Assembly: GCA_963840035.1 (NCBI GenBank)
Contig: CAWIXE010000002.1
Span: 512,001-576,000 of the forward strand
Reading direction: 5' to 3'
DNA from: a candidate division FCPU426 bacterium
Lineage (GTDB): Bacteria; Oederibacteriota; PGYV01; Palsa-1178
DNA: 64,000 nt
Each line of letters starts with the position of its first letter. Position 1 is the stretch's first letter. The notes under the pieces are model-generated. The model searched no databases and was not told the DNA's origin. It saw only the letters and a list, made by a program, of their open reading frames with translations. Position numbers and translations under genes: made by a program. Below are positions 20,960-30,770 of this stretch, in pieces.

Positions 20960-21976
20960 ATGGAACTTACATTACAGGCTATAGCCGATAAAATAGGCGG
21001 GGAAATAAAAGGAAATGCCGGACTCAAAGTGTCCGGCATTTCTGACCTTAAAGGCGCGTGCGCGTCCGACTTAAGCTTCATCCTTTCAAAAAAATTTTTG
21101 AAAGAGGCTGAGGAAAGCAAGGCGCCGGCAATCATATCGGATTCACTTGATGAAATTGCCGGAAAGACTGTTATAAAGGTCGGGAACGCGAAAGCAGCGT
21201 ACGCCGCGGCAATATCAATCATATTCCCGCCGGTAAAGCATCCGGGAGGCGTATCGCCAAAAGCGTGCGTTAACCCGTCAGCGCATATTGGAAAAGACAC
21301 ATATATTGACGACGGCGCCGTTGTAAAAAGCGGGGTTGTAATAGGCGAGGGAAGTTTTATAGGCTCAGGCACCTTTATCGGGGAGAACTGCCGCGTAGGA
21401 AACAACACTATTATTTACGCAAATATCTCAATGTATGACCGTGTTGAGATAGGCGATAACTGCGTTATCCACTCCGGGACCGTAATAGGCGCGGATGGAT
21501 TTGGTTTTGTGGAGGATAATGGCAGAATAATTAAAGTGCCGCAGATCGGATGCGTCAGGATCGGCAATAACGTCGAGATCGGGGCGAATTGCTGCATAGA
21601 CAGGGCTGCTTTCGGCGCTACTGTAATAAAAGACAGCGTAAAGGTCGATAATTTTGTCCATGTAGCGCATAATGTGGAAATAGGCGAAAGCACTATTGTT
21701 GTTGCGCAGTCAGGAATATCAGGCTCCACAAAAGTCGGCAGGGGCTGTGTCATAGGCGGACAGGTCGGCATAGTGGACCATATTACCATCGGCGACGGCG
21801 CAAAGATAGGTTCGCAGTCCGGCATTTCAAAAGATGTTGAGCCCGGAGCCATGCTCTCGGGGACGCCCGCAAGGCCGCTTTTACAGCTGCGCAAAGCCGA
21901 AGCGTACATGATGAAACTTGAGGACCTCTTTAAAAGGGTAAAGGCCATTGAAGAGGGGCAAAAGAACCCAAAATGA
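20960..21976 (+). CDS. lpxD: UDP-3-O-acylglucosamine N-acyltransferase
   Basis: Hexapeptide repeats; [28 protein letters not shown]. Confidence 0.95.
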   Translation: MELTLQAIADKIGGEIKGNAGLKVSGISDLKGACASDLSFILSKKFLKEAEESKAPAIISDSLDEIAGKTVIKVGNAKAAYAAAISIIFPPVKHPGGVSPKACVNPSAHIGKDTYIDDGAVVKSGVVIGEGSFIGSGTFIGENCRVGNNTIIYANISMYDRVEIGDNCVIHSGTVIGADGFGFVEDNGRIIKVPQIGCVRIGNNVEIGANCCIDRAAFGATVIKDSVKVDNFVHVAHNVEIGESTIVVAQSGISGSTKVGRGCVIGGQVGIVDHITIGDGAKIGSQSGISKDVEPGAMLSGTPARPLLQLRKAEAYMMKLEDLFKRVKAIEEGQKNPK

Positions 21977-22791
21977 AACAGATAACCCTTAAAACGGATG
22001 CGGTAATTACCGGGCCCGGCCTTCATAAAGGCGGTAAAAATAAAGTCACTATCCGTCCTTCCGGAGCGGATACCGGGATTATAATAAAAAATAACGGCGA
22101 GTCATATGTTTTGACGCCGGATGTTGTCCTTGATACGAAGCGCGGCACTACCATAAAATACGGAAAATCAACGGTACATACAATAGAACATCTGACATCC
22201 GCCCTGCGCGGGCTGTCAGTGGATAACGCGGTTCTTGACATGGAAGGCGGTGAGCCGCCGGCAGTTGACGGAAGCTCGCTGCCGTACGTGGCCGCCATAA
22301 AAAAAGCCGGTCTAAAAAGCCTTTCGAAAGAAAAAAAATATTTAAACCTGAAATCGCCTGTCATGATGGAAGACGGCGACAGGTATATGGCGGTTTTGCC
22401 GTGTGAAGGTTTTAAAGTGACCTACTTCGCGGATTTTTCAAAACATGGCGTGAAAGCCAACGATGTGTCAGTGGAAATAACGCCGGCTGCATACGAAAAA
22501 ATGGTTTCAAAAGCGAGGACTTTCGGCTTTAAGTCCGAAATAGGATGGCTCATGAAAGCCGGACTCATAAAAGGCGCGTCCCTTGAGAATGCCATATTAA
22601 TGGACAAAGGAAAGCCTGTCCAGGGTACTTTAAGATACGAAGACGAACTGACAAGGCACAAGATACTAGACATAGTAGGCGACTTTGGAATGCTTGGCGC
22701 CAACCTTAACATGCATATTATTGCCGTAAAAACAGGCCACAAACATAATGCGGCCATGGCGGCAAAGATATACAAACAGGTCCAGGGTTAA
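21973..22791 (+). CDS. lpxC: UDP-3-O-acyl-N-acetylglucosamine deacetylase
   Basis: [32 protein letters not shown]. Confidence 0.95.
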   Translation: MKQITLKTDAVITGPGLHKGGKNKVTIRPSGADTGIIIKNNGESYVLTPDVVLDTKRGTTIKYGKSTVHTIEHLTSALRGLSVDNAVLDMEGGEPPAVDGSSLPYVAAIKKAGLKSLSKEKKYLNLKSPVMMEDGDRYMAVLPCEGFKVTYFADFSKHGVKANDVSVEITPAAYEKMVSKARTFGFKSEIGWLMKAGLIKGASLENAILMDKGKPVQGTLRYEDELTRHKILDIVGDFGMLGANLNMHIIAVKTGHKHNAAMAAKIYKQVQG

Positions 22792-22827
22792 AGGCATACC
22801 CTGCACCCATACTTCACGGAGGTTCAC

Positions 22828-23274
22828 ATGGAAGGACAGCTAAGCGTAGTTGAAATTCAAAAGTTAATACCACACAGGTTCCCGTTCCTGTTAGTCGACA
22901 GGGTGCTTGAGATAAAAGACGGGGAATCCATAACGGCGATTAAGAATGTCACGATGAATGAATGGTTCTTTCAGGGCCATTTCCCCGGTGCCCCGGTCAT
23001 GCCGGGCGTGCTCATTGTGGAAGCCATGGCGCAGACAGGCGGGATACTCATGGCTAAAAAACTCTCAAACGCCGAGGCGCCCAAGGTGGTATATTTCATG
23101 ACGATCAACAATGTAAAATTCAGGCAGCCGGTTACGCCGGGCGATACATTGAAATTTGTAGTCACCATGACCAAACTGAAAGGCACGATAGGGACTCTGC
23201 ACGGGGAAACTTTCGTCGGCGAGAAGAAAGTGGCCGAAGCCGATATGATGGCCATGATAGCGGACGCACAGTAA
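22828..23274 (+). CDS. fabZ: 3-hydroxyacyl-ACP dehydratase
   Basis: IPHRFPFLLVDRV, FQGHFPGAPVMPGVLIVEAMAQ. Confidence 0.97.
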   Translation: MEGQLSVVEIQKLIPHRFPFLLVDRVLEIKDGESITAIKNVTMNEWFFQGHFPGAPVMPGVLIVEAMAQTGGILMAKKLSNAEAPKVVYFMTINNVKFRQPVTPGDTLKFVVTMTKLKGTIGTLHGETFVGEKKVAEADMMAMIADAQ

Positions 23275-23338
23275 GTTCGAAGTTCGGAGGGTAGGGTTCG
23301 AAGTTTGAACTTCGAACCCCGAACTTCACCCTTCGAAC
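23274..23338. repeat. Inverted pair of heptamer arrays (AGTTCGR family)
   Basis: agttcga agttcgg agggtag ggttcga agtttga / acttcga accccga acttcac ccttcga. Confidence 0.85.
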
Positions 23339-23355
23339 GAACACAAGGAGATTGT

Positions 23356-24126
23356 ATGAGCATCCACCCTACAGCCATAGTTTCACCAAAGGCAAAGCTC
23401 GGCGCTGATGTTACAGTTGGGGCTTTTGCCATTATAGATGATGATGTAATAATCGGAGACAAATGCGTCATAGGGCCGCGCGCGCACATAGAGTTTACTG
23501 AAATGGGCGCTAATAATTTTATCGGCGAAGGATCCATGATAGGGGCTGCGCCCCAGGACCTGAAATATAAAAATGAGCGTTCGTTTGTAAAAATAGGCAG
23601 CAATAATGTTTTCAGGGAATATGTTTCCATACACAGGGCCACGCATGAAGGCGAGTCTACGGTAATAGGCGACTCCAATTTTTTTCTTACTATGGCGCAT
23701 GTCGCGCACGACTGCAAGGTCGGAAACAGGGTGGTTCTTATTAACAATGTGGGTATGTCAGGGCATGTGACTGTTCATGACGGCGCGGTGATTTCCGGTT
23801 ATACCCTAATACACCAGCATGCCAGGATCGGCAGCTACGTCATGGCGGGTGGCGGCACTAAAATAGTCAAAGATGTGCCCCCTTTTATGATGATAGACGG
23901 AAACCCGGCGGCAATACACGGGCTTAACAAGCTGGGGCTGAAAAGGAATGGGTTCTCGCCTGAGCGCATAAAAATAATTGAGGACATGTACGCCATATTC
24001 ATAAGGGATAAGAACCTTCTTTTTGCGGAAGCGGTAAAAAAGATAGAGGATACAATACCAAAGAATGATGATGTTAATTATTTTATTGATTTTATAAAGA
24101 ACTCCAAAAGGGGCATTGAAAGGTGA
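23356..24126 (+). CDS. lpxA: Acyl-ACP--UDP-N-acetylglucosamine O-acyltransferase
   Basis: IHPTAIV, PQDLKY, REYVSIHR, HVAHDC; aaggag RBS before ATG 23356. Confidence 0.95.
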   Translation: MSIHPTAIVSPKAKLGADVTVGAFAIIDDDVIIGDKCVIGPRAHIEFTEMGANNFIGEGSMIGAAPQDLKYKNERSFVKIGSNNVFREYVSIHRATHEGESTVIGDSNFFLTMAHVAHDCKVGNRVVLINNVGMSGHVTVHDGAVISGYTLIHQHARIGSYVMAGGGTKIVKDVPPFMMIDGNPAAIHGLNKLGLKRNGFSPERIKIIEDMYAIFIRDKNLLFAEAVKKIEDTIPKNDDVNYFIDFIKNSKRGIER

Positions 24127-24933
24127 AATATAAGAAAATCGCTTTAATAGCCGGCGGCGGCGACCTTCCGCTTATTTTTTTGCGCAACGCGCAGAAAGCC
24201 GGGCAGGAAGTCCTTGTCCTTGAGATTCAGGGGGAAGGCAACCCCGGCATCACACGCTATCCTTTTAAAAAAGTCAGGATAAACATAACACACCTGGAAG
24301 AGATAATTAACACTACAAAACAGGAAAAGATAAAACACATCATGTTCCTGGGTTATGTGCGGCCGCAGCGCCTTTTGAAGGACATTATTTTCGACGAGAA
24401 GGACCAGGACAACCTTCTTAAACCTCATGGATAAGAGGCCGAAGGCGCTCATGGAATCAGCCATTAATGAATTTAAAAAAGACGGGATAGAAGCCATACC
24501 TTCCACTTACCTCATGGATGAAGTGCTGGCAGGCCCGGGTTTTTTGACGCGGATTAAACCGGACTTAAAAGAGCTCAAGGCGGGCATAGACATTACGCGC
24601 GCTCTGGCGGGGCTTGACGTTGGCCAGACCACTGTGGTGTGTTCAGGCATGATATGGGCGGCGGAAGCCATGGAAGGCACGGATAACTGCATTAAGCGCG
24701 GCGGCAGGCTCGCGAAAAAGGGTTTTACCGTCATTAAAATGGCAAGGCCAAAGCAGGATTTGAGGTATGACGTTCCTGCGGTGGGGCTTAAGACGCTCAA
24801 ACTTATAAAATCACTCGGCGGCCGCGGGATAGTAGTGGAAGCAGGGAAGACTTTTTTACTTAACAAAGATGAGCTTTTAAGGTATGCTGATACCCATAAT
24901 TTATTCATATACGGCTGGAGGAAAAGCAAATGA
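24123..24933 (+). CDS. lpxI: UDP-2,3-diacylglucosamine pyrophosphatase LpxI, split by a one-base insertion near 24399
   Basis: IALIAGGGDLP in the first frame; DVGQT, EAMEGTD, KMARPKQDLRYDVP in the second. Confidence 0.88.
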
Positions 24934-26048
24934 TACCCATATCAAAACCGAACCTGGATGAGAAAGAAAAAGAAGCGGTACAGGCAGTACTTAATTCCGG
25001 GATAATAGCGTCAGGCCCGAAGGTGAAAGAATTTGAAGCGGCATTTGCCGCCTATACTTTTTCCGACTATACCGGGGCAAAACACGCGATTGCGGTTTCA
25101 AACGGCACCTGTTCACTGCATACCTGCCTTGTAATGAATGGCATTGGCAAAGGCGACAGGGTAATAACCTCGCCATTTACATTTATAGCGACTGGAAACT
25201 CCATCATTCACGCCGGGGCTGAACCGGTATTTGCGGATATTTGTGAAGGTTCTTTCAATATAGACCCGGACAGGATTGAAGCAATGTTGAAAAAGGATTT
25301 TTTTAAAAAAATAAAAGCGATCATGGTAGTTCATATTTACGGCCAGGTTTGCGAGATGGACCGTATAATGGCAATCGCGAAGAAATATGGCGTTAAGGTA
25401 ATAGAGGACGCGGCGCAGGCGCATGGCGCGAAATTCAAGGGACAAAACGCCGGCACATTTGCGGACGGCGGTTCGTTTTCCATGTACGCCACAAAGAATA
25501 TTACGACCGCAGAAGGCGGCGTGGTTACGACTAATGACGATAAAGCCGCGGAGATCGCGCGCAGTTTCATAAACCACGGATCGGAAAAAATATATTACCA
25601 CACAAGGCTCGGTTACAATTACAGAATGACAGATATCGAAGCGGCCATCGGGATTGTGCAGTTGGCCAAGCTAGACGGTTTTAACATTAAACGCAGGAAG
25701 AACGCCGAAATTCTTAAAAAGCACCTTTCAAAATTTGATTTCATAACTGCCCCGCCGGAAGGCAAGGATAATTTCCATATTTACCATCAGTTTACCATAA
25801 GGGTTAAAGGCGGAAAAAGGGACGCGCTTTTAAAGCACCTTTCTGACAGCGGCGTGGGGGCTAAAGTGTTCTACCCGATACCGCTGCATAAACAACCGTA
25901 TTACCTGAATGATGTTCTTAAAAAGAACATTACACTGCCTGTATCTGAAGAAGCGGCAGCTCAGGTAATAAGCCTGCCGGTGCATCCGGGCTTAACGGAT
26001 GCGGAAATGACAACAATTAAAGGCGCTTTTGACAGCTTTAAGATCTAA
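24930..26048 (+). CDS. DegT/DnrJ/EryC1/StrS PLP aminotransferase (possibly GnnB-like)
   Basis: AVSNGT, IEDAAQAHGA, SMYATKNITTAEGG, GYNYRM. Confidence 0.9.
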   Translation: MIPISKPNLDEKEKEAVQAVLNSGIIASGPKVKEFEAAFAAYTFSDYTGAKHAIAVSNGTCSLHTCLVMNGIGKGDRVITSPFTFIATGNSIIHAGAEPVFADICEGSFNIDPDRIEAMLKKDFFKKIKAIMVVHIYGQVCEMDRIMAIAKKYGVKVIEDAAQAHGAKFKGQNAGTFADGGSFSMYATKNITTAEGGVVTTNDDKAAEIARSFINHGSEKIYYHTRLGYNYRMTDIEAAIGIVQLAKLDGFNIKRRKNAEILKKHLSKFDFITAPPEGKDNFHIYHQFTIRVKGGKRDALLKHLSDSGVGAKVFYPIPLHKQPYYLNDVLKKNITLPVSEEAAAQVISLPVHPGLTDAEMTTIKGAFDSFKI

Positions 26049-26077
26049 TCACTGATTACAAATGGCTGATTACTAAT
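26046..26077. repeat. Short degenerate heptamer array
   Basis: taatcac tgattac aaatggc tgattac taat, starting at the stop codon. Confidence 0.5.
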
Positions 26078-26098
26078 AAAAAACATAGGAGTTTTTAA

Positions 26099-29000
26099 TT
26101 GAAACTTAAAGAATTACACCTGTTCGGATTCAAGTCGTTTGCCGACAAGACAAGCCTTGAATTCGGACACGATATTACAATAGTTGTCGGCCCGAACGGT
26201 TCCGGAAAATCCAACGTCTTTGACGCCATAAGATGGGTGTTGGGAGAGCAGAGCGCAAAACAGCTCCGCGGCGGAAAGATGGAAGACGTCATATTCATCG
26301 GCTCGGATTCCAGGAAGACACTGGGTATGGCCGAAGTAACCATTGTCATGGATAACACAGACAAGACCATTAACCTGCCTTATACCGACGTAAAAGTCAC
26401 CAGGCGGCTTTACCGCTCCGGCGAATCTGAGTATTCAATTAACGACCAGCAGGTGCGCTTAAAGGACATAGTTGAGATATTTATGGATACAGGCGTAGGC
26501 CTTGATTCATATTCCATCATTTCACAGGGCGAAGTTGACAGGATTATAAATGCCAAGCCCGTGGAAAGAAGGGAAATATTTGAGGAAGCGGCAGGCATTA
26601 CCAAATATATTAAAAAGAGGGACGAAGCCTTAAGGAAACTCGAGGCTACGGAGCAGAACATGCTCCGCATAAACGACATATTAGTAGAGGTAAAAAGGCA
26701 GGCGGCGGTGCTGGAGCGCCAGGCAAAAAAAGCGGAGCAGTATAAAGCCCTCAAAATGGAATGCAGCGACATGGAAATCCGCATGCATAAAAAAGACGTA
26801 AAAGAATATAAAATAAAGCATAACAATCTTGAGGCACAGAGGCTTGAAATAGACAAAAAGATAGAGGCGGAAGAGGCGGGCCTGTCAAGCTTTGAGAAGT
26901 CCTTTGAGGATATGAAACTTAAAGGAACTGATATGGAACGTATGATCGCGGAAAAACGCGAAAAATGGGTCATAAAACAGGAAGAGATAAAGAGGCTTGA
27001 AGACAGCCTGAAGTACTTATCCGAGAGGCACACAGAGCTTTTATCACGCATTGAATCATTGAAAAATGAGAATGTGGAGAATGTCGGCAAGATAGAGTCC
27101 GTCAAGGTGGATATCGAAGGAAAAAACAGGTCAATTGCGGAAAAGGAAACAGTTGTAAAGGACAGGGAAGCGCAGCTTGAGAACCTGAACAAGAGGTATG
27201 AATCATTTACGGTTGATTTTGAAGGGGCAAAAAAGGCGAGGGATGAAAAACAGGATAAGGCCGGGCTTTTAAATAATGAGCTTAACGGGTTAAAAGGAAG
27301 GATAGTTGAGCTTGACCTTAATATTAAAAATATGGACGAGCAGCTTGTAAAGATAGCCGCTGAGAAAAAGGACGCGGAAGACAAACTTCACAGGACGGAT
27401 ATTGAGCTTGAATCCATAAGCGAAAACAGGGGACTAAAAGAAGAGGAAATTAAGGGAATAAAGGACCGGGAGGAAGAACTTCTCAAGGAGAAAATAAAGA
27501 GAAAGACCTCTTTTGTCACAACTGAAGAAACTTTAAAAGACCTCGGTTTTGTCATAGGCAAGCTTGAGTCGCGCCAGAACTTTTTAAAACAGATGCACCA
27601 GCGCATGGAAGGATACGGCGAGATAGTAAGGAAAGTACTGACTGAATACAAACTCCAGCTTGATGACGACGCTAAGGGCTCGCTTGTGGATGTCGTGGCT
27701 AACCTTATTGCCGTGGAAAAACCCTACGAGCGCGCCGTAGAAAGCACGCTTGCGGGACTGCTCCAGACAGTCTTCGTCCGCAATGAAAAAATGATTGAGG
27801 AAATATTTTCGCTCTATGAGCATGAAAAAGGCGAGATAAGCTTCATAAATTCTCAGAACATGAAAGTTAATCCCGCGGCTGTAATGGCGCGCTGGAAGGA
27901 AATGGTAAAGCATAAGAACATAACCGCGTACCTTCCGGAACAGGTTCAGGTAGAGGATGGCAATGAGGCCATAAAGCTCCTGTTCCACAATATCTTTGTG
28001 GTTGAGAGCCTTGAGAAAGCCAGGGAAGTCTTAAACGACGTCAGAAGGGACGAGCAGTATTACCTTTTAACGCAGAACGGCGAACTCATATCCAATTTCA
28101 GCATTTATACCAAGGGCGAGGGCTTAGCCGGGGAAGGATTGCTCTCAAGGGAAAGGGAAATAGAGGAAATAGCCTCCGAAATAGGGACGGCCCGCGGCAA
28201 ATACGCGTCCGTGGAAGACGAGAAGAATTTTCAGTCGATAAAAATAGCTTCGCTTGAAAAAGAGATAGAAAACCTGTCGATTACATATCACGCCCAGTAC
28301 GTGGAAGTTATCAAGGATGACGAGCGCATCAAGCAGAAAAATGAGGACAGGGAACGCCATATGGCAAGCATAGTCAGGATAGAAGAACAGGCTGTTGCGA
28401 TAGCCTCTGAAAGAACGGGTTTCACCACGGGAAGGGAAGCGCTCTCCCTTGAGGAAAAAAGGATGCTTGATTCCATTGAGGAGTCAAGGCTGGGTATTGA
28501 GGCGTCAAAGCTGGACATCCAGGCAAAAGAGGATAATTTAAACCAGGAAAAGGCTTTAATAGACGATAAAAAAGTTGAAATACTGACATTAAAGAACGAA
28601 TATGACATGGATATAAACAACAAGTCCATGCTTGAAAGCAGGCTTAAGGAAGTCGAGGAAAATTACAGGAATACCGGGCTTGAGATAGAAGGCTTAAATG
28701 AAAAGGTGAGGATGTCAGAGGATGAAAGCAAAGCTAATGACGCGAAGATAAATGAACTAAAAACCACCCTTATACTGGACGAACAGTCGCTGGAAACATC
28801 AAAAAAGGAACACGAAGAATTCAGGGTTCAGCTTAACACGCTCGAAGATGACATAAAAAAGATGTCAAAGACCAGGGATAAGCTTAAAGACGAGCAGTAT
28901 GACATAAAGGTGAATTTAAGCGAAATAGCCATACAGATAAAAAATATATATGAAAAAATGAACGAGGATTTCAAGATTGCGCCAAGCGACGAGGATGTTT

Positions 29001-29830
29001 ATTCCGTAGAGATACCCGAGGAAGAGTATAAGGAACTGACGCTGAAGGTGACCGAGTATAAGGAAAAGATAGACAAACTCGGCGTTATTAACCTGGTGGC
29101 CATAGAGGAATACAATGACCTTAAATCAAGGAACGAACATTTACAGACGCAGTATGACGACCTGAATACTGCCAGGGATAATCTGAAAAAGATCATTAAA
29201 AAGGCCAATGAAGAATCGAAAGAACTCTTCAATAAGGCTTTTGACGCCATAAAAATACAGTTTGCCGATGTGTTCAAGAAGATGTTTAACGGCGGAGAAG
29301 CGGACCTTGTGCTTTCAGACAAGGATAACATGCTTGAATCCGGCATAGACATCATAGCCAGGCCGCCCGGAAAAAAACTCCAGAACATATCGCTTTTATC
29401 CGGCGGAGAAAAAGCCATCACGGCCATATCACTGCTTTTCGCGCTGTTTTTGACAAAGGCCAGCCCGTTCTGCGTTATGGACGAGATAGACGCGCCGTTA
29501 GATGATATCAATGTCACAAGGTTTACAAACCTGGTAAAAAGTTTCAAAAGGACTCAGTTCATTATCATATCCCATAACAAGCTGACTATGGAAATCGGCG
29601 ACGTATTATACGGGGTATCCATGGAAAAAGCGGGCGTATCCCAGATAATATCCATTAAACTCGACAGGGACAAGGAAAAACTGGCAAAATCCCTGGCAAG
29701 CGACGGCAAGTCGGCGGCTTTAAAGGAAAGCGAAGAAAAGGCAAAAGCAAAAAAAGAAATAGAAGATGCTGAAGCGGAAGAAAACGCCAAAGCCGCGCTG
29801 GAAGGAGAGCCAGGGGATGGAGAAAAATAG
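26099..29830 (+). CDS. smc: Chromosome segregation protein SMC
   Basis: GFKSF, Walker A GPNGSGKS, coiled coils, LSGGE signature, DEIDAPLD; TTG start after aggag. Confidence 0.96.
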   Translation: MKLKELHLFGFKSFADKTSLEFGHDITIVVGPNGSGKSNVFDAIRWVLGEQSAKQLRGGKMEDVIFIGSDSRKTLGMAEVTIVMDNTDKTINLPYTDVKVTRRLYRSGESEYSINDQQVRLKDIVEIFMDTGVGLDSYSIISQGEVDRIINAKPVERREIFEEAAGITKYIKKRDEALRKLEATEQNMLRINDILVEVKRQAAVLERQAKKAEQYKALKMECSDMEIRMHKKDVKEYKIKHNNLEAQRLEIDKKIEAEEAGLSSFEKSFEDMKLKGTDMERMIAEKREKWVIKQEEIKRLEDSLKYLSERHTELLSRIESLKNENVENVGKIESVKVDIEGKNRSIAEKETVVKDREAQLENLNKRYESFTVDFEGAKKARDEKQDKAGLLNNELNGLKGRIVELDLNIKNMDEQLVKIAAEKKDAEDKLHRTDIELESISENRGLKEEEIKGIKDREEELLKEKIKRKTSFVTTEETLKDLGFVIGKLESRQNFLKQMHQRMEGYGEIVRKVLTEYKLQLDDDAKGSLVDVVANLIAVEKPYERAVESTLAGLLQTVFVRNEKMIEEIFSLYEHEKGEISFINSQNMKVNPAAVMARWKEMVKHKNITAYLPEQVQVEDGNEAIKLLFHNIFVVESLEKAREVLNDVRRDEQYYLLTQNGELISNFSIYTKGEGLAGEGLLSREREIEEIASEIGTARGKYASVEDEKNFQSIKIASLEKEIENLSITYHAQYVEVIKDDERIKQKNEDRERHMASIVRIEEQAVAIASERTGFTTGREALSLEEKRMLDSIEESRLGIEASKLDIQAKEDNLNQEKALIDDKKVEILTLKNEYDMDINNKSMLESRLKEVEENYRNTGLEIEGLNEKVRMSEDESKANDAKINELKTTLILDEQSLETSKKEHEEFRVQLNTLEDDIKKMSKTRDKLKDEQYDIKVNLSEIAIQIKNIYEKMNEDFKIAPSDEDVYSVEIPEEEYKELTLKVTEYKEKIDKLGVINLVAIEEYNDLKSRNEHLQTQYDDLNTARDNLKKIIKKANEESKELFNKAFDAIKIQFADVFKKMFNGGEADLVLSDKDNMLESGIDIIARPPGKKLQNISLLSGGEKAITAISLLFALFLTKASPFCVMDEIDAPLDDINVTRFTNLVKSFKRTQFIIISHNKLTMEIGDVLYGVSMEKAGVSQIISIKLDRDKEKLAKSLASDGKSAALKESEEKAKAKKEIEDAEAEENAKAALEGEPGDGEK

Positions 29831-30683
29831 TTTCGCAAAACCCCGTTCTTTCCTCGATAAACTGAAAAATATATTTTCAAAAGGCCCGGCAAAAGAACAC
29901 CTCGACGACCTCGAAGAAATCCTCATATCCGCTGACATTGACCTTGTAATCGTTGATGAAATCATGGAAGCCTTAAAGGCGGAAAAAGTATCAACGTATG
30001 AAGACGCAAGGAAATTCCTTAAGGATGAATTCATAAGCAAACTGAAGCCAAATACCCCGGATGAAAAGCGCAGGAGAAAAGTAATCCTTTTAGTCGGCAT
30101 TAACGGGGCCGGCAAGACCACTACCGCGGCAAAACTGGCAAACCTTTATAAGAAACAGGGGAAAAAAGTGATTTTCGCCGCCGCGGACACATTCCGGGCC
30201 GCGGCCATAGAGCAGCTTGAAGCGTGGGCTCTAAAGGCGGGCATCGAAATCATAAAGGGCAAGGACGGCGGGGACCCGGCTGCAGTGGCCTTTGACGCCG
30301 CGCAAAAAGCCGTTAAGGAAAAAGCCGACGTTCTGATAATAGATACCGCGGGCAGGCTCCATACAAAGTCAAACCTCATGCAGGAGCTGGCCAAGGTAAA
30401 AAAAGTTGTCTTAAGGGAGATCCCTGAAGAGGAAGTGGATACCCTGATCATAATAGACACGAATACCGGAAAGAACGCCTTTGTCCAGGCAAAAGAATTT
30501 CATGACTCGCTGAAATTAACGGGGGTAATACTTACGAAGTTCGACTCGTCCGCCAGGGGCGGCTCCATAATAAAGATAAAACACGAACTGAACCTGCCGA
30601 TAAAGTATATGACATACGGCGAGAGCATGGAAGACATAGCGGAGTTTGATGAGAAGGAATTTGTGGAAGGGATTTTTGAATAG
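29817..30683 (+). CDS. ftsY: Signal recognition particle receptor FtsY
   Basis: GINGAGKTTT, DTFRAAAIEQL, DTAGRLH, TKFD. Confidence 0.95.
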   Translation: MEKNSFAKPRSFLDKLKNIFSKGPAKEHLDDLEEILISADIDLVIVDEIMEALKAEKVSTYEDARKFLKDEFISKLKPNTPDEKRRRKVILLVGINGAGKTTTAAKLANLYKKQGKKVIFAAADTFRAAAIEQLEAWALKAGIEIIKGKDGGDPAAVAFDAAQKAVKEKADVLIIDTAGRLHTKSNLMQELAKVKKVVLREIPEEEVDTLIIIDTNTGKNAFVQAKEFHDSLKLTGVILTKFDSSARGGSIIKIKHELNLPIKYMTYGESMEDIAEFDEKEFVEGIFE

Positions 30684-30684
30684 C

Positions 30685-30759
30685 AACTGAAAACTTGAAG
30701 CTGAAAAGTGAAAGTTGTGACAGAACCAGCTTTCAGTTTTCAATTTTAAATTTTAAGCT
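30685..30759. repeat. Inverted pair of heptamer arrays (ARYTGAA family)
   Basis: aactgaa aacttga agctgaa aagtgaa / accagct ttcagtt ttcaatt ttaaatt ttaagct. Confidence 0.75.
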
Positions 30760-30770
30760 CAAGGAGTAAC

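Noticed and set aside
22779..22817. Possible heptamer hairpin at the lpxC-fabZ junction (and a weak one near 62802-62836)
   Set aside because: Only two or three poorly matching units, which I cannot distinguish from chance by eye.
26410..27384. 324-aa antisense ORF within smc (similar long antisense ORFs in carB, lpxD, ppdK, etfB)
   Set aside because: Shadow frames of well-supported genes, with Ser/Phe-rich composition and no motifs.
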